Source: an uncultured Solirubrobacteraceae bacterium
GTDB lineage: Bacteria; Actinomycetota; Thermoleophilia; Solirubrobacterales; Solirubrobacteraceae
Assembly: GCA_963711985.1 (NCBI GenBank)
Contig: CAVQGG010000001.1
Coordinates: 157,287-221,286, forward strand
Direction: 5' to 3'
Length of the DNA: 64,000 bases
Shown: piece after piece, positions 1-8,823 of the stretch
Layout of the letters: the number at the start of each line of letters is the position of its first letter
Position numbering within the stretch: position 1 is the stretch's first letter
Notes under the pieces: model-generated
What the model was told of the DNA's origin: nothing
The model's database searches: none
What the model saw: only the letters and a program-made list of their open reading frames with translations
Made by a program: the position numbers and the translations under genes

Positions 1-891
1 ATGCGGCGCCCTCTGCGCTCGCGCATGGAGCCACGGGCGCGCGTCCCTCGCGGCCAGCCCCTGGTCAGGCGCGCGGAGCCCGACGACGCCGCCACAGGCC
101 GCAACGGTGCTCGCCCGCGGCACCCGGTCATCGAGGTGCACAACGTGACGAAGGTCTTTGCCCTGGGGCAGATCCGGGTGCGTGCGTTGCGCAATGTCTC
201 GTTGCGGATCGACGCCGGTGATCTGGTGGCGATCATGGGCAGCTCGGGCAGTGGCAAGAGCACGCTGATGAACATCCTCGGTTGCCTTGACATACCCACG
301 AGCGGCCGCTACCTGATCGATGGCGTGGACGTCAGCCTGATGGACGAGGACGATCTCGCCGATTTGCGCAACCGCAAGATCGGCTTCGTCTTTCAGAGCT
401 TCAACCTCGTCCCGCGCACCAGCGCGCTGGTCAACGTCGAGCTGCCGCTCGCCTACGCCGGGTTGAGGGGCGCCGAGCGCAGAAAGCGCGCCGAACGCGC
501 GCTGCGCTCGGTGGGGATGGCCAACCGTATGCACCATCAGCCATCCGAGCTCTCGGGTGGCCAGCAGCAGCGGGCTGCGGTCGCACGGGCGCTCGTGACC
601 AACCCCTCGCTGATTCTCGCCGACGAGCCCACCGGCAACCTTGACTCGCACTCCACCGAGGACGTACTGCGGATCTTCGCGCGCCTGAACGAAGAAGGAC
701 GGACCGTTGTCCTGATCACCCACGAGCCCGACGTCGCGGAGCAGACCAAGCGGGTGATCCGGCTGAGCGACGGCGAAGTCGTCGAAGACCATCGCTCGGG
801 CGGCGTGCACGACGCCCCACCGGCGATCCATCACCAGAAGTCAGCACACCATCACCCGGTCGACGCCGGCGTCGTGGAGGCGCAGCCGTGA
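1..891 (+). CDS. ABC transporter ATP-binding protein, MacB/LolD family
   Basis: Walker A GSSGSGKS, LSGGQQQR signature, ILADEPTGNLD; followed by an FtsX/MacB permease. Confidence 0.93.
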   Translation: MRRPLRSRMEPRARVPRGQPLVRRAEPDDAATGRNGARPRHPVIEVHNVTKVFALGQIRVRALRNVSLRIDAGDLVAIMGSSGSGKSTLMNILGCLDIPTSGRYLIDGVDVSLMDEDDLADLRNRKIGFVFQSFNLVPRTSALVNVELPLAYAGLRGAERRKRAERALRSVGMANRMHHQPSELSGGQQQRAAVARALVTNPSLILADEPTGNLDSHSTEDVLRIFARLNEEGRTVVLITHEPDVAEQTKRVIRLSDGEVVEDHRSGGVHDAPPAIHHQKSAHHHPVDAGVVEAQP

Positions 892-2111
892 TCGGCCCGG
901 AGATGCTGCGCATCGCGTGGAGTGGGATCACCGCGAACAAGCTGCGCTCGGGCCTGACGATCCTGGGCATGACGATCGGCGTCGCGTCGGTGATCGTGCT
1001 GATAGCCGTAGGAAACGGCTCCTCCAAGGCCGTGCAGTCGCGCATCCAGAGCCTCGGTACCAACGTGCTCGTCGTGCAGGCCAGCGGCGGCGGGTTTCGT
1101 GGTGGCGCGCGCGCGAGCACCGCAGCGACCATCTCGCTGACCAAGCAGGACGCCGAAGCGCTGCAGAGTCCCGGGCTGGCGCCTGACGTCAAGAGCGCAT
1201 CGCCCGTCGTGAACGCCACGGGCGTGAAACTCGTGTACGGCAGCTCCAGCTATGAACCGTCCTCGTTCGTCGGCACGACACCCTCCTATTTGACGGCCCA
1301 CAGCTACAAGATCGCCGAAGGCGCCGCGTTCACCTCCGAAGACGTGAGCAAGGACAGGCGCGTCGCGGTGATCGGGCAGGAAGTCCTGCAGGAACTGTTC
1401 GCCGGGCGGAGCGCCGTCGGGCAGAACATGAAGGTCAACGGCAGCAACTACGAAGTGGTCGGCGTCCTCGCCAAAAAGGGAACCAACGGCGCCACCAACG
1501 AGGATGACGTCGTCATGGCCCCGATCTCGACCGTGCAGGACTCGCTCACCGGCACCGGGCCGATCGAGTCGATCACCGTCCAGGCCAAGTCCGAATCCTC
1601 GCTCAACGCCGCGGAAGCAGAGGTCACCACGATCCTCGAGGAACGCCACAAGATCAAGAACACCTCCGAACCGGGCTTCAGCGTGCTCAACCAGGGGTCG
1701 CTGCTGGAAACATCCAGCTCCACCAGCAGCGTGTTCACGACGCTGCTCGGCGAGGTCGCCGCGATCTCGCTGCTCGTCGGCGGGATCGGCGTGATGAACA
1801 TCATGCTCGTGAGCGTGACCGAGCGCACGCGCGAGATCGGGATACGCAAGGCGATCGGCGCCAGACGCAGCGACATCCTGACGCAATTCCTGACCGAGGC
1901 TATGCTGGTATCCGTCTTCGGCGGCATCACCGGAGTGCTCGTCGGCGTCATCGGCAGCCAGTTCGAAATCGCCGGAGTGCACCCGGAGATCGCCACGTAC
2001 TCGATCTTCCTAGCCTTCGGCGCAGCATTGGCCTCCGGCCTGTTCTTCGGCACCTACCCGGCCGCTCGCGCCGCGCACCTCCGACCGATCGAAGCGCTGC
2101 GCTTTGAGTGA
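888..2111 (+). CDS. ABC transporter permease, MacB/FtsX family
   Basis: NKLRSGLTILG...IGVASV N-terminus; GGIGVMNIMLVSVTERTREIGIRKAIGA motif; PIEALRFE end; GTGA overlap with the ATPase. Confidence 0.93.
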   Translation: MIGPEMLRIAWSGITANKLRSGLTILGMTIGVASVIVLIAVGNGSSKAVQSRIQSLGTNVLVVQASGGGFRGGARASTAATISLTKQDAEALQSPGLAPDVKSASPVVNATGVKLVYGSSSYEPSSFVGTTPSYLTAHSYKIAEGAAFTSEDVSKDRRVAVIGQEVLQELFAGRSAVGQNMKVNGSNYEVVGVLAKKGTNGATNEDDVVMAPISTVQDSLTGTGPIESITVQAKSESSLNAAEAEVTTILEERHKIKNTSEPGFSVLNQGSLLETSSSTSSVFTTLLGEVAAISLLVGGIGVMNIMLVSVTERTREIGIRKAIGARRSDILTQFLTEAMLVSVFGGITGVLVGVIGSQFEIAGVHPEIATYSIFLAFGAALASGLFFGTYPAARAAHLRPIEALRFE

Positions 2112-2904
2112 CCCGACTACCCCCCAACAGGAGCCCGTAATGCCCCACCAGGAGCCCGTAATGCCCCACCAGGAGCCCGCCATATCCCACGAGCAACCCG
2201 CCATCGACGACACTCCTGCCCAGGACACCGCCGTCCAGGCGCAGGAGACAGCGGCGTATGACGAGCCGATCGAAGGGCGGGACGAAGGGCAGGACGAATG
2301 GCTGGAGGAGCCCGAAGAGCTGCCGCGCCGACCGCGCCGGCGCCTGCTCGGGACGGGCGGGAATCCCATTTTCCTTGCGCTGCTCGGCGTGCTGCTGGCC
2401 GCCTGCGGGTTCATCGGCGGCGTGCTCATCGAGAAGGGCCAGACCAGCTCGAGCTCCTCCGCCGGCGGCGCGGCAGGCCTGGCATCGCGCTTCGCCGCGC
2501 TGCGCGGGGGCACGTCGAGCACCGGCACGAGCTCCACCTCCACAAGCGGATCGTCGAGCCCAAGCGGCGGCTTCACCCGGCCGACCGCCGGTACGGTCGC
2601 CTACCTCGCCGGGAGCACGCTGTACGTGACCAACTCCGAAGGCAACACCGTCAAGGTCATGACCTCGGCAGGCACGAGCGTCACCAAGACGGTCAAGGCA
2701 GCCCTCGCGGGCATCCACCCCGGCGAAACGGTCACCGTCACCGGCGCCACCGGCTCAAACGGCGCCGTCAGCGCCGAATCGATCAGCGTCGGCTCGAGCG
2801 GCGGCGGTCTCGCCGCGCTGTTCGGCGGCGGCGGCTCGAGCAGCAGCTCGACCGGCGGCTCGAGCGCCAGTGGCACGCCGTCCCTGTTCGGCAGCGGCGG
2901 CTGA
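2104..2904 (+). CDS. Membrane-anchored Ser/Gly-rich protein with possible DUF5666-like beta domain
   Basis: Acidic N-terminus, one TM helix, then GTVAYLAGSTLYVT...IHPGETVTVTG; overlaps the permease stop. Confidence 0.65.
   Translation: MSDPTTPQQEPVMPHQEPVMPHQEPAISHEQPAIDDTPAQDTAVQAQETAAYDEPIEGRDEGQDEWLEEPEELPRRPRRRLLGTGGNPIFLALLGVLLAACGFIGGVLIEKGQTSSSSSAGGAAGLASRFAALRGGTSSTGTSSTSTSGSSSPSGGFTRPTAGTVAYLAGSTLYVTNSEGNTVKVMTSAGTSVTKTVKAALAGIHPGETVTVTGATGSNGAVSAESISVGSSGGGLAALFGGGGSSSSSTGGSSASGTPSLFGSGG
2121..2180 (+). repeat. 21-bp in-frame tandem repeat, about 3 copies (PHQEPVM)
   Basis: cccc(a/c)acaggagcccgtaatg-like unit repeated. Confidence 0.85.
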
Positions 2905-3007
2905 GGAGGCTTAGCCGGGACTTAGCCAGGCAGCGCACCATCTTGGCGTACCGCCCTCGCTGCAAGGCGCACCGTGTCCGCCAGGACAATCATCGACAAG
3001 GAGCTCA

Positions 3008-3649
3008 ATGCCTCAAATCATCAGCATCAGACGCAGACACACACCCGCGGCCGCGGCCGTCCTTCTCCTGGTGCTCGTCAGCCTCGTGCTGGCGGCGTGC
3101 GGAGGCTCCAGCGGCTCCACCACCTCGTCCGCAAATGCGAGCGCCACGACATCCACCAGGGCCGGGGGGGCAGGCGCCTTCGCAGGCCGCTTCTCGGTGC
3201 TGCGCGAATGCCTGCAGAAGAACGGCATCACGCTGCCCAAACGCACACCCGGCCAGCGGCCATCGCCCGGAAGCGGCGGCTTTCTTGGCGGGGGCGGCGG
3301 ACCCGCGCTACCGAAGGGCGTGACCAAAGCCCAGTATGAAGCCGCGGTGAAGAAGTGCGGGGGAGACGTGAAAGGTGGCGCCTTTTTCCGCGGCGGTGCC
3401 GGTCGCTTCAACACCCCTGCGGTCAAAGACGCGCTGGCCAAGTTCGCGGCGTGCATGCGCGAAAACGGCGTGAGCGTCCCGACTCCCAACACATCCGGCA
3501 AAGGCCCGGTCTTCAACACCAATGGCCTGGACACGGGCGGCGCCGCGTTCAAGGCGGCCGAGACGAAGTGCAGCAGCGACCTGCGTGGCGCCTTTCGCAT
3601 CGCTCCAGGCGCCGCCGGAGCACCCGGAGCGCCCTCCACGGTCGGCTAG
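3008..3649 (+). CDS. Putative lipoprotein with two Cys-containing repeats
   Basis: Lipobox LAAC; repeats ECLQKNGITLP...KKC and ACMRENGVSVP...TKC. Confidence 0.75.
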   Translation: MPQIISIRRRHTPAAAAVLLLVLVSLVLAACGGSSGSTTSSANASATTSTRAGGAGAFAGRFSVLRECLQKNGITLPKRTPGQRPSPGSGGFLGGGGGPALPKGVTKAQYEAAVKKCGGDVKGGAFFRGGAGRFNTPAVKDALAKFAACMRENGVSVPTPNTSGKGPVFNTNGLDTGGAAFKAAETKCSSDLRGAFRIAPGAAGAPGAPSTVG

Positions 3650-3744
3650 CAACCGGCCCGTCCCCGTGTGACGACGGCAAGCCTCCAGGATCGCGCGCGA
3701 GTGGCGCGGTCCTGGAGGACCCGTCGGCGCCGACCGCGGCCTCG

Positions 3745-6285
3745 CTACCGCCGCTTCGGGTCGGGGATGGCCGCGGAGCTCGGCTTGGTGGCGACAGTCG
3801 GTGTCGGAAGCGCCGCCACTCGTTGCATCAGCTGGTTCCACTGCGCGGCGCTCAGGGCGCTCGTGGTGACCAGCGGCGAGGGGGCGGTCCGGCCTGAGCG
3901 CGCCGAGTGCGCCGCGGTGGCGGCCGCGGCCGGGTTGAGCGTGGTGGTGGCGGGCGCCGGGCGGAACTCGAGATGAATGCGGTTCCAGTCCGCCGAGGAG
4001 GCGTGCGTGTTCGGCGAGCCCGGATAGCGCATGAGGCTGACGATCTCGTGGGGCACGAATTCGCGGGGGAGCGTCAACAGCGTACGAACAGTGAGGTCGG
4101 TGATCGTTTCCGGCCCCTGGTGGCCGGCGATCGCGATGCCGTTGATCGCAGAGATGTCCACTTCATCACCCGCGTAACCCGCGGACAGCGAGCCGGAGGC
4201 CGTGTATTGACGCTGAGCGCAGCGCATCGCGCTGACGGTCGGCTCCAGCCCGCTGCGCGACAGGAAGGCGAGCACCGCCAGGACGCGCCTGTCGACCGCG
4301 CCCGCGGCGACTTCGTGGCGTCCGCAAGCATCGATCGTGATCCCGGGATCGGAAAGCACGGCGCGCTCGAGCTGGGCCCTCGAGAGCAGGAAGACGTCGC
4401 TCGCGGTCGCCCCCAGCAGGGCGTTGTTCGCCTTTGCCCCCCGCGGGTGCAGCGCCGTCTGCAGCTGCGCCCAGTTGGCCAGGATCGGACCGGGGTCGAC
4501 CGTTTCCGGATCGCCGGCCGGACGGATCGCGAAGCGCAGATGACCGTCCTGCGCTCCGGGCGGCACGCGCACGCGACCGAGCACTGTTCCGGACGCGACC
4601 ACCGATCCGCGGCGCAGCGGCAGGCGCTGACCGGCGCTGCTGCGCCGAGCCTCCCTGGCGGCGCTGGCGGCGGCGGCCGCACGCGCGTCCGGGTTGCCCG
4701 GGTGGGCGAACAGGCGGACCCTGTCCATGCCGGCGGGCGCCGCTTCCTGCAGACCCGCCTGGACGGAGAGCGGGCCATGACCCGAGGGGTTCCGCGCAAG
4801 CGGCGTCTTCACGCGGAGGGTGAGCGGCGACTGGATTCCCGCGCTGGCGGGCTGCGAGGGCGCGGGATCGTGCGTGGTGGCTGCTTCCACGACCGGCGAC
4901 TTCACCGCCGCGCTCGGCGCCTTCGGCAGGGTGTAGGTGGGGGCGATGCTGCCAAGCCCGGCATACGTGAACACATCGCCGTAGACATCGCGCAGAACCA
5001 CGTACTTGCCGAGCTTGCGCGAGTCGCCGATCTGGACGATGCGACCGTCCTGCACGGCGACCACGGACGCGTTCGGGCCGCTCATCAGTTCGATCAGCTG
5101 GAGCGCCTGGGGGGCGGCGGCGTTGGATGTCGCGGCTGCCGCGGCCGCGGTCGGCGACAAGGGCGGGGATGAGCCTGGAGTGCCCGGGCTGGTAGAAGCC
5201 TGGGTCGGAACGGCGGTGGCGTCGGCGGTCGCGCTCGACGCCGACGGGGACGCGGCGGGAAGCGGGTCCCACTCGACATGCGTGCCGGTCAGGGGCAGAC
5301 GGCCGTCGATCAAACCGGTGAGCGTGGCGATCACGGCCTTGGGGTAGGTGGCGATCAGCTTGGCCCGCAGGAGCACCGATTCGACGTATTCTTCGGAGTG
5401 GTTGTAGGCCAGGATCGCGGCGCGCAGGTCGGTCGCGGCCCCCGCCGCCCGCAGGTAGCGCGCGGCGGCGAAGATCGCGTCCACCGGGTTGTACGGGTCC
5501 GCGTAGCCGGCGTTGAGGGCGTCCACGCCATATTGCAGCCACGTGCTGGGCATGAACTGCATCCACCCGACGGCGCCCGCGGTGGAGACCGACAGGTCGC
5601 TGCCGTAGTCGGTCTCGATTTCGTTGATCGCCGCCAGGATCTGCCACGGCACCCCGTACTGCACCGCGGCCGCCTTGTAGACGGGCAGCAAGAACAGCGG
5701 GATGCGGTAGAAGGTCAGCGCCTGGGCGGATGCTTCCGAGTCCGCGAGCAGCACCGCGAGCGCCCCAGCCTCGGCCGCCACCGACTGCGGCGACGGCGCC
5801 ACGTTGTTGGGGCCCACGGCCTTTTCGGTGCGCTTGGTCGACTTGGCGCTGTTGGTGCTCGCGTTGGTCGTCGTCTGGCTCGGGTTCGACGGGGCGCTGG
5901 GGGTGACCTTCTGCTTGCGCAGGAGCACCACCGCGGGGGCTTCCGAGCCAGACGGCGCGGGAGTGCCCGCCTGCGGAGCGGTCGAGGTCGGAGCTGTAGA
6001 GGTCGGAGCGGTCGAGGTGTCCGCCGGCGTGGTGCTCGCGGTGGGCGTCGTCGAGGTGCTCGTCGACGGTGGGCTCGTTGTGGTTTCCTGGGAGCCGCCG
6101 CCCGATTCGGCGGCGGCCGCTTCGGAGGAGCCGTCGCTGGGGAGCGGAGCGCCGCTCGTCGCGGTGGCGCCGAACGCTCCGCTTGCGAGCGGGCCTCCGA
6201 GGCCGGCCGCGGTCAAGCCGCCGCCCGCGAGGGCGGACAGCATCGCGCGCAGAGCCCGGCGGCGGGCGCGGTTCACAGGCGGCAT
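3745..6285 (-). CDS. Secreted lytic transglycosylase (SLT-like) with a C-terminal M23-like/unknown region
   Basis: LAAINEIET, GAVGWMQFMPSTW, DPYNPVDAIFAAARYL, AILAYNH; signal peptide and Thr/Ser-rich linker; start uncertain. Confidence 0.85.
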   Translation of the reverse strand: MPPVNRARRRALRAMLSALAGGGLTAAGLGGPLASGAFGATATSGAPLPSDGSSEAAAAESGGGSQETTTSPPSTSTSTTPTASTTPADTSTAPTSTAPTSTAPQAGTPAPSGSEAPAVVLLRKQKVTPSAPSNPSQTTTNASTNSAKSTKRTEKAVGPNNVAPSPQSVAAEAGALAVLLADSEASAQALTFYRIPLFLLPVYKAAAVQYGVPWQILAAINEIETDYGSDLSVSTAGAVGWMQFMPSTWLQYGVDALNAGYADPYNPVDAIFAAARYLRAAGAATDLRAAILAYNHSEEYVESVLLRAKLIATYPKAVIATLTGLIDGRLPLTGTHVEWDPLPAASPSASSATADATAVPTQASTSPGTPGSSPPLSPTAAAAAATSNAAAPQALQLIELMSGPNASVVAVQDGRIVQIGDSRKLGKYVVLRDVYGDVFTYAGLGSIAPTYTLPKAPSAAVKSPVVEAATTHDPAPSQPASAGIQSPLTLRVKTPLARNPSGHGPLSVQAGLQEAAPAGMDRVRLFAHPGNPDARAAAAASAAREARRSSAGQRLPLRRGSVVASGTVLGRVRVPPGAQDGHLRFAIRPAGDPETVDPGPILANWAQLQTALHPRGAKANNALLGATASDVFLLSRAQLERAVLSDPGITIDACGRHEVAAGAVDRRVLAVLAFLSRSGLEPTVSAMRCAQRQYTASGSLSAGYAGDEVDISAINGIAIAGHQGPETITDLTVRTLLTLPREFVPHEIVSLMRYPGSPNTHASSADWNRIHLEFRPAPATTTLNPAAAATAAHSARSGRTAPSPLVTTSALSAAQWNQLMQRVAALPTPTVATKPSSAAIPDPKRR

Positions 6286-6678
6286 ACGCGGATATCGATC
6301 ATCTTGGGGACGTCCCATCGTTGTGGTCGGCGCAGCTAGCCCACAATCGCGGGGTACGCCCACCGGGATTCTTATCGGCAGCGAACCATGAATCCGTAAA
6401 GGATTCGTAATCGCACCGGCAGATCGTGGAGCGCTCGGATTCCATAGCAGGCGGGGCCTGCGGACCCTAACGACACCCAGGGCAGAAGCGTCGCAGTTGG
6501 CCGTCCGCTGCGTCTTCTAGACGACGCTCTGCACTCCTGCCGGAGATCCGCCTGGGCGGTTGGGCGCCTGGCGCTTGTAGCGAACCGCCCTATCGCTCTA
6601 TTGTTGACAGCGAAGGGTTCACCGGACGACAGGACCGGCGAGCCTCGCGCGGTCGGCAACGAAGTTGGGAGAGCGAGG

Positions 6679-7470
6679 ATGAGTCGCGGTCGGAGCCGGA
6701 TGGTTGCAGCGCTGGTGTGGGGCGTCGGATGGCTGGTTTGCGGCGCCTCGCTGCTGGCGGCAAGCCCCGCGCGGGCGGAAGAGACCGTCAGCATCACCGA
6801 AGCGGGCTTCTCGCCAGACGTGCTCGGCGCTCCGACGAACGCGTTCGGCAGGGCCACGATCGGCTCGACCGACCTCCCGGTGCCCTCGCCGATCAGCCAC
6901 GTCGACGTGTTCGGCCCGGCCGGGGTGACGCTCGACCTGGAAGGGACCGGTACGTGCACCAAGGAAAAGCTCGAACAGGTCGGCCCGCAGGCCTGTCCCG
7001 AAGACTCCAAGGCGGGGTTCGGCGGCGGCGAGGGCGCCTACGAACTCGCCCACGAAATCATCAAAGAGCCATACACGCTGGACTTCTTCCTGGCCGACAA
7101 CCAGCCGGGGCACGTCTCCCTGCTGATCTTCCTCAAGGGCTCCAGCCCGGTGTCGATCGAAATCGTGCTCGCGGCCGCCGTGATCACGGGCCCCCCGCCC
7201 TTCGGACTCGGCTTCAGCGTCGAAGTGCCCCCCATCAAAGTCCTCCCCGAAGCCTCGAACGCCTCCGCCACGAGCGCGTTCCTGACGCTCGGCGCGCACA
7301 ACGTGGCCTACTACAAGAAGGTCCACGGCAGGAAGAAGCTGTTCCACGTCAAGGGCATCATCCTGCCCAAGCGCTGCCCGCGCGGAGGCTGGCCGGTGGC
7401 CTCGCAGTTCAGCTTCGAGGACGGCTCGACGGTCATGGCCAAGCGCACGGTTCCCTGCCCGACGGGATGA
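6679..7470 (+). CDS. Secreted hypothetical protein
   Basis: Signal peptide ending ARA; C...CP.DS..G and P..CP.GG motifs; terminal VPC. Confidence 0.7.
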   Translation: MSRGRSRMVAALVWGVGWLVCGASLLAASPARAEETVSITEAGFSPDVLGAPTNAFGRATIGSTDLPVPSPISHVDVFGPAGVTLDLEGTGTCTKEKLEQVGPQACPEDSKAGFGGGEGAYELAHEIIKEPYTLDFFLADNQPGHVSLLIFLKGSSPVSIEIVLAAAVITGPPPFGLGFSVEVPPIKVLPEASNASATSAFLTLGAHNVAYYKKVHGRKKLFHVKGIILPKRCPRGGWPVASQFSFEDGSTVMAKRTVPCPTG

Positions 7471-8180
7471 GAGCAGCGGCGCGGGCGCTTCTCGCCGTGC
7501 TCGCGATCCTCGGCTGCGCGCCGGCAGCGTCCGCCGCGGCGGGGGCGGCGACCGGCGCGAGCATCCACCCCTCCTTCCTGCCCGACCGGCTCGGGGCGAG
7601 CACCGCCTTCACGCTCGCGCTGCGCTTCTCCGGCGGCGAAGAAGGCGTTCCCGCCCCCGTGCGCACGATCGTCCTGCAGCTGCCCGCGGGACTGGGGATC
7701 GACCTGCGCGGGGTGGGGACGTGCCCCAGCGTCCTCCTACAGCGCGAGGGTCCGGCGGGCTGTCCGTCGGGATCGCTGCTCGGACGCGGCCAGGCGGCGC
7801 TCGAGGTGCACGCCGGCTCGCAGACGATCCCCGAGCAGGCCGTCCTGTGGGCGTTCCGCCGCCCGGACCTCGGCGGCCACCCCGCGCTCGAGATCCTCAG
7901 CAAGGGCGACACGCCTCTGCAGCAGCAGACGATCAGCACCGCCGTCCTGCAGGGCGACAGCGCGCCCTACGGCTCCGCGCTGACGATCTCGATACCCCCG
8001 ATCCCCACGGTCGTGTATGAGCCGGACGCGTCCTTCGTCTTGCTTTCGCTGACGATCGGCCGAGTCGGCGTGATCGCCGTGCCGCGCAGCTGCCCCGCTG
8101 GCGGGTTTCCGTTTGCTGTCGCGTCTAGCTTCGCCGACGACTCCACCGCCGCGGCTACGGCGAACCTGCCCTGCCCGTAG
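7467..8180 (+). CDS. Secreted hypothetical protein, paralogue of the upstream gene
   Basis: ATGA overlap; same F.PD.LGA.T, GP..CP..S..G.G and P..CP.GG.P.A...F.D.ST motifs. Confidence 0.7.
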   Translation: MRAAARALLAVLAILGCAPAASAAAGAATGASIHPSFLPDRLGASTAFTLALRFSGGEEGVPAPVRTIVLQLPAGLGIDLRGVGTCPSVLLQREGPAGCPSGSLLGRGQAALEVHAGSQTIPEQAVLWAFRRPDLGGHPALEILSKGDTPLQQQTISTAVLQGDSAPYGSALTISIPPIPTVVYEPDASFVLLSLTIGRVGVIAVPRSCPAGGFPFAVASSFADDSTAAATANLPCP

Positions 8181-8207
8181 CGACGCCAAAGCGATATTCT
8201 GAGACCC

Positions 8208-8441
8208 GTGGAAACGATCTTCTCCGTCCTGCAGGTCGCCATCGCGGTGATCCTGATCTTCCTGGTGCTGATGCACTCGGGCAAGGACTCCGGTCTCTCC
8301 GGCGCGTTCGGGGTGGGCAGCGGAACGGGTCCGCTGGGCGGCGGATCGCTGGTCGAGCGCAACCTCAACCGCTGGACCGTCTTCTTCGCGGTGCTGTTCT
8401 TCCTGAACGCGTTCCTGCTGCTCAAGCGCCCCTGGGCTTGA
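8208..8441 (+). CDS. secG: Preprotein translocase subunit SecG
   Basis: 77 aa, two TMs, LVLMHSGKDSGLSGAFG and VERNLNRWT. Confidence 0.92.
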   Translation: METIFSVLQVAIAVILIFLVLMHSGKDSGLSGAFGVGSGTGPLGGGSLVERNLNRWTVFFAVLFFLNAFLLLKRPWA

Positions 8442-8772
8442 GCCCGTCGAGCCGGTTGAGGATCTCGATCGCCTCCGCGCGCAGCTCGGCGTCGATCGCC
8501 TCGTAGTCCTCGCGCGAAAGCTTGCCGGTGCGGTAGTCGAGCTCCGCGTCGCGGATCTCGCGGTACTTGGCCTCGCGCGCCGCCTCCAGCGCGTCCCGGG
8601 TGTACGCAGGCGGCGAAGCGGGCGCATCGCCGGGCTCGGATAGGGCCCCCGCCCCCGCCCTCGCCCCGGACCCGGAATCCCCGGGCCGGCGCGCGCGGCG
8701 CAGCGGCGCGCCGACCACGAGGACAACGAGCGCGATCAGCACCAGCGTGAGGATCGCGATCAGGAGGACCAC
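8422..8772 (-). CDS. Small CcmI-like cytochrome c biogenesis accessory protein
   Basis: N-terminal TM; YREIRDAELDYRTGKLSREDY motif; downstream of ccmF. Confidence 0.65.
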   Translation of the reverse strand: MVLLIAILTLVLIALVVLVVGAPLRRARRPGDSGSGARAGAGALSEPGDAPASPPAYTRDALEAAREAKYREIRDAELDYRTGKLSREDYEAIDAELRAEAIEILNRLDGLKPRGA

Positions 8773-8823
8773 GCCGTCACAGTATTGGAGGCCCGCCCAC
8801 CCGCCCGCCCGCCCACCCGAGCG

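Noticed and set aside
6290-6600. c-di-AMP (ydaO) riboswitch upstream of the transglycosylase
   Set aside because: Hairpins exist (GAATCC-GTAAA-GGATTC at 6390-6406), but I could not find the conserved ydaO motifs on the coding strand. An Infernal scan would settle it.
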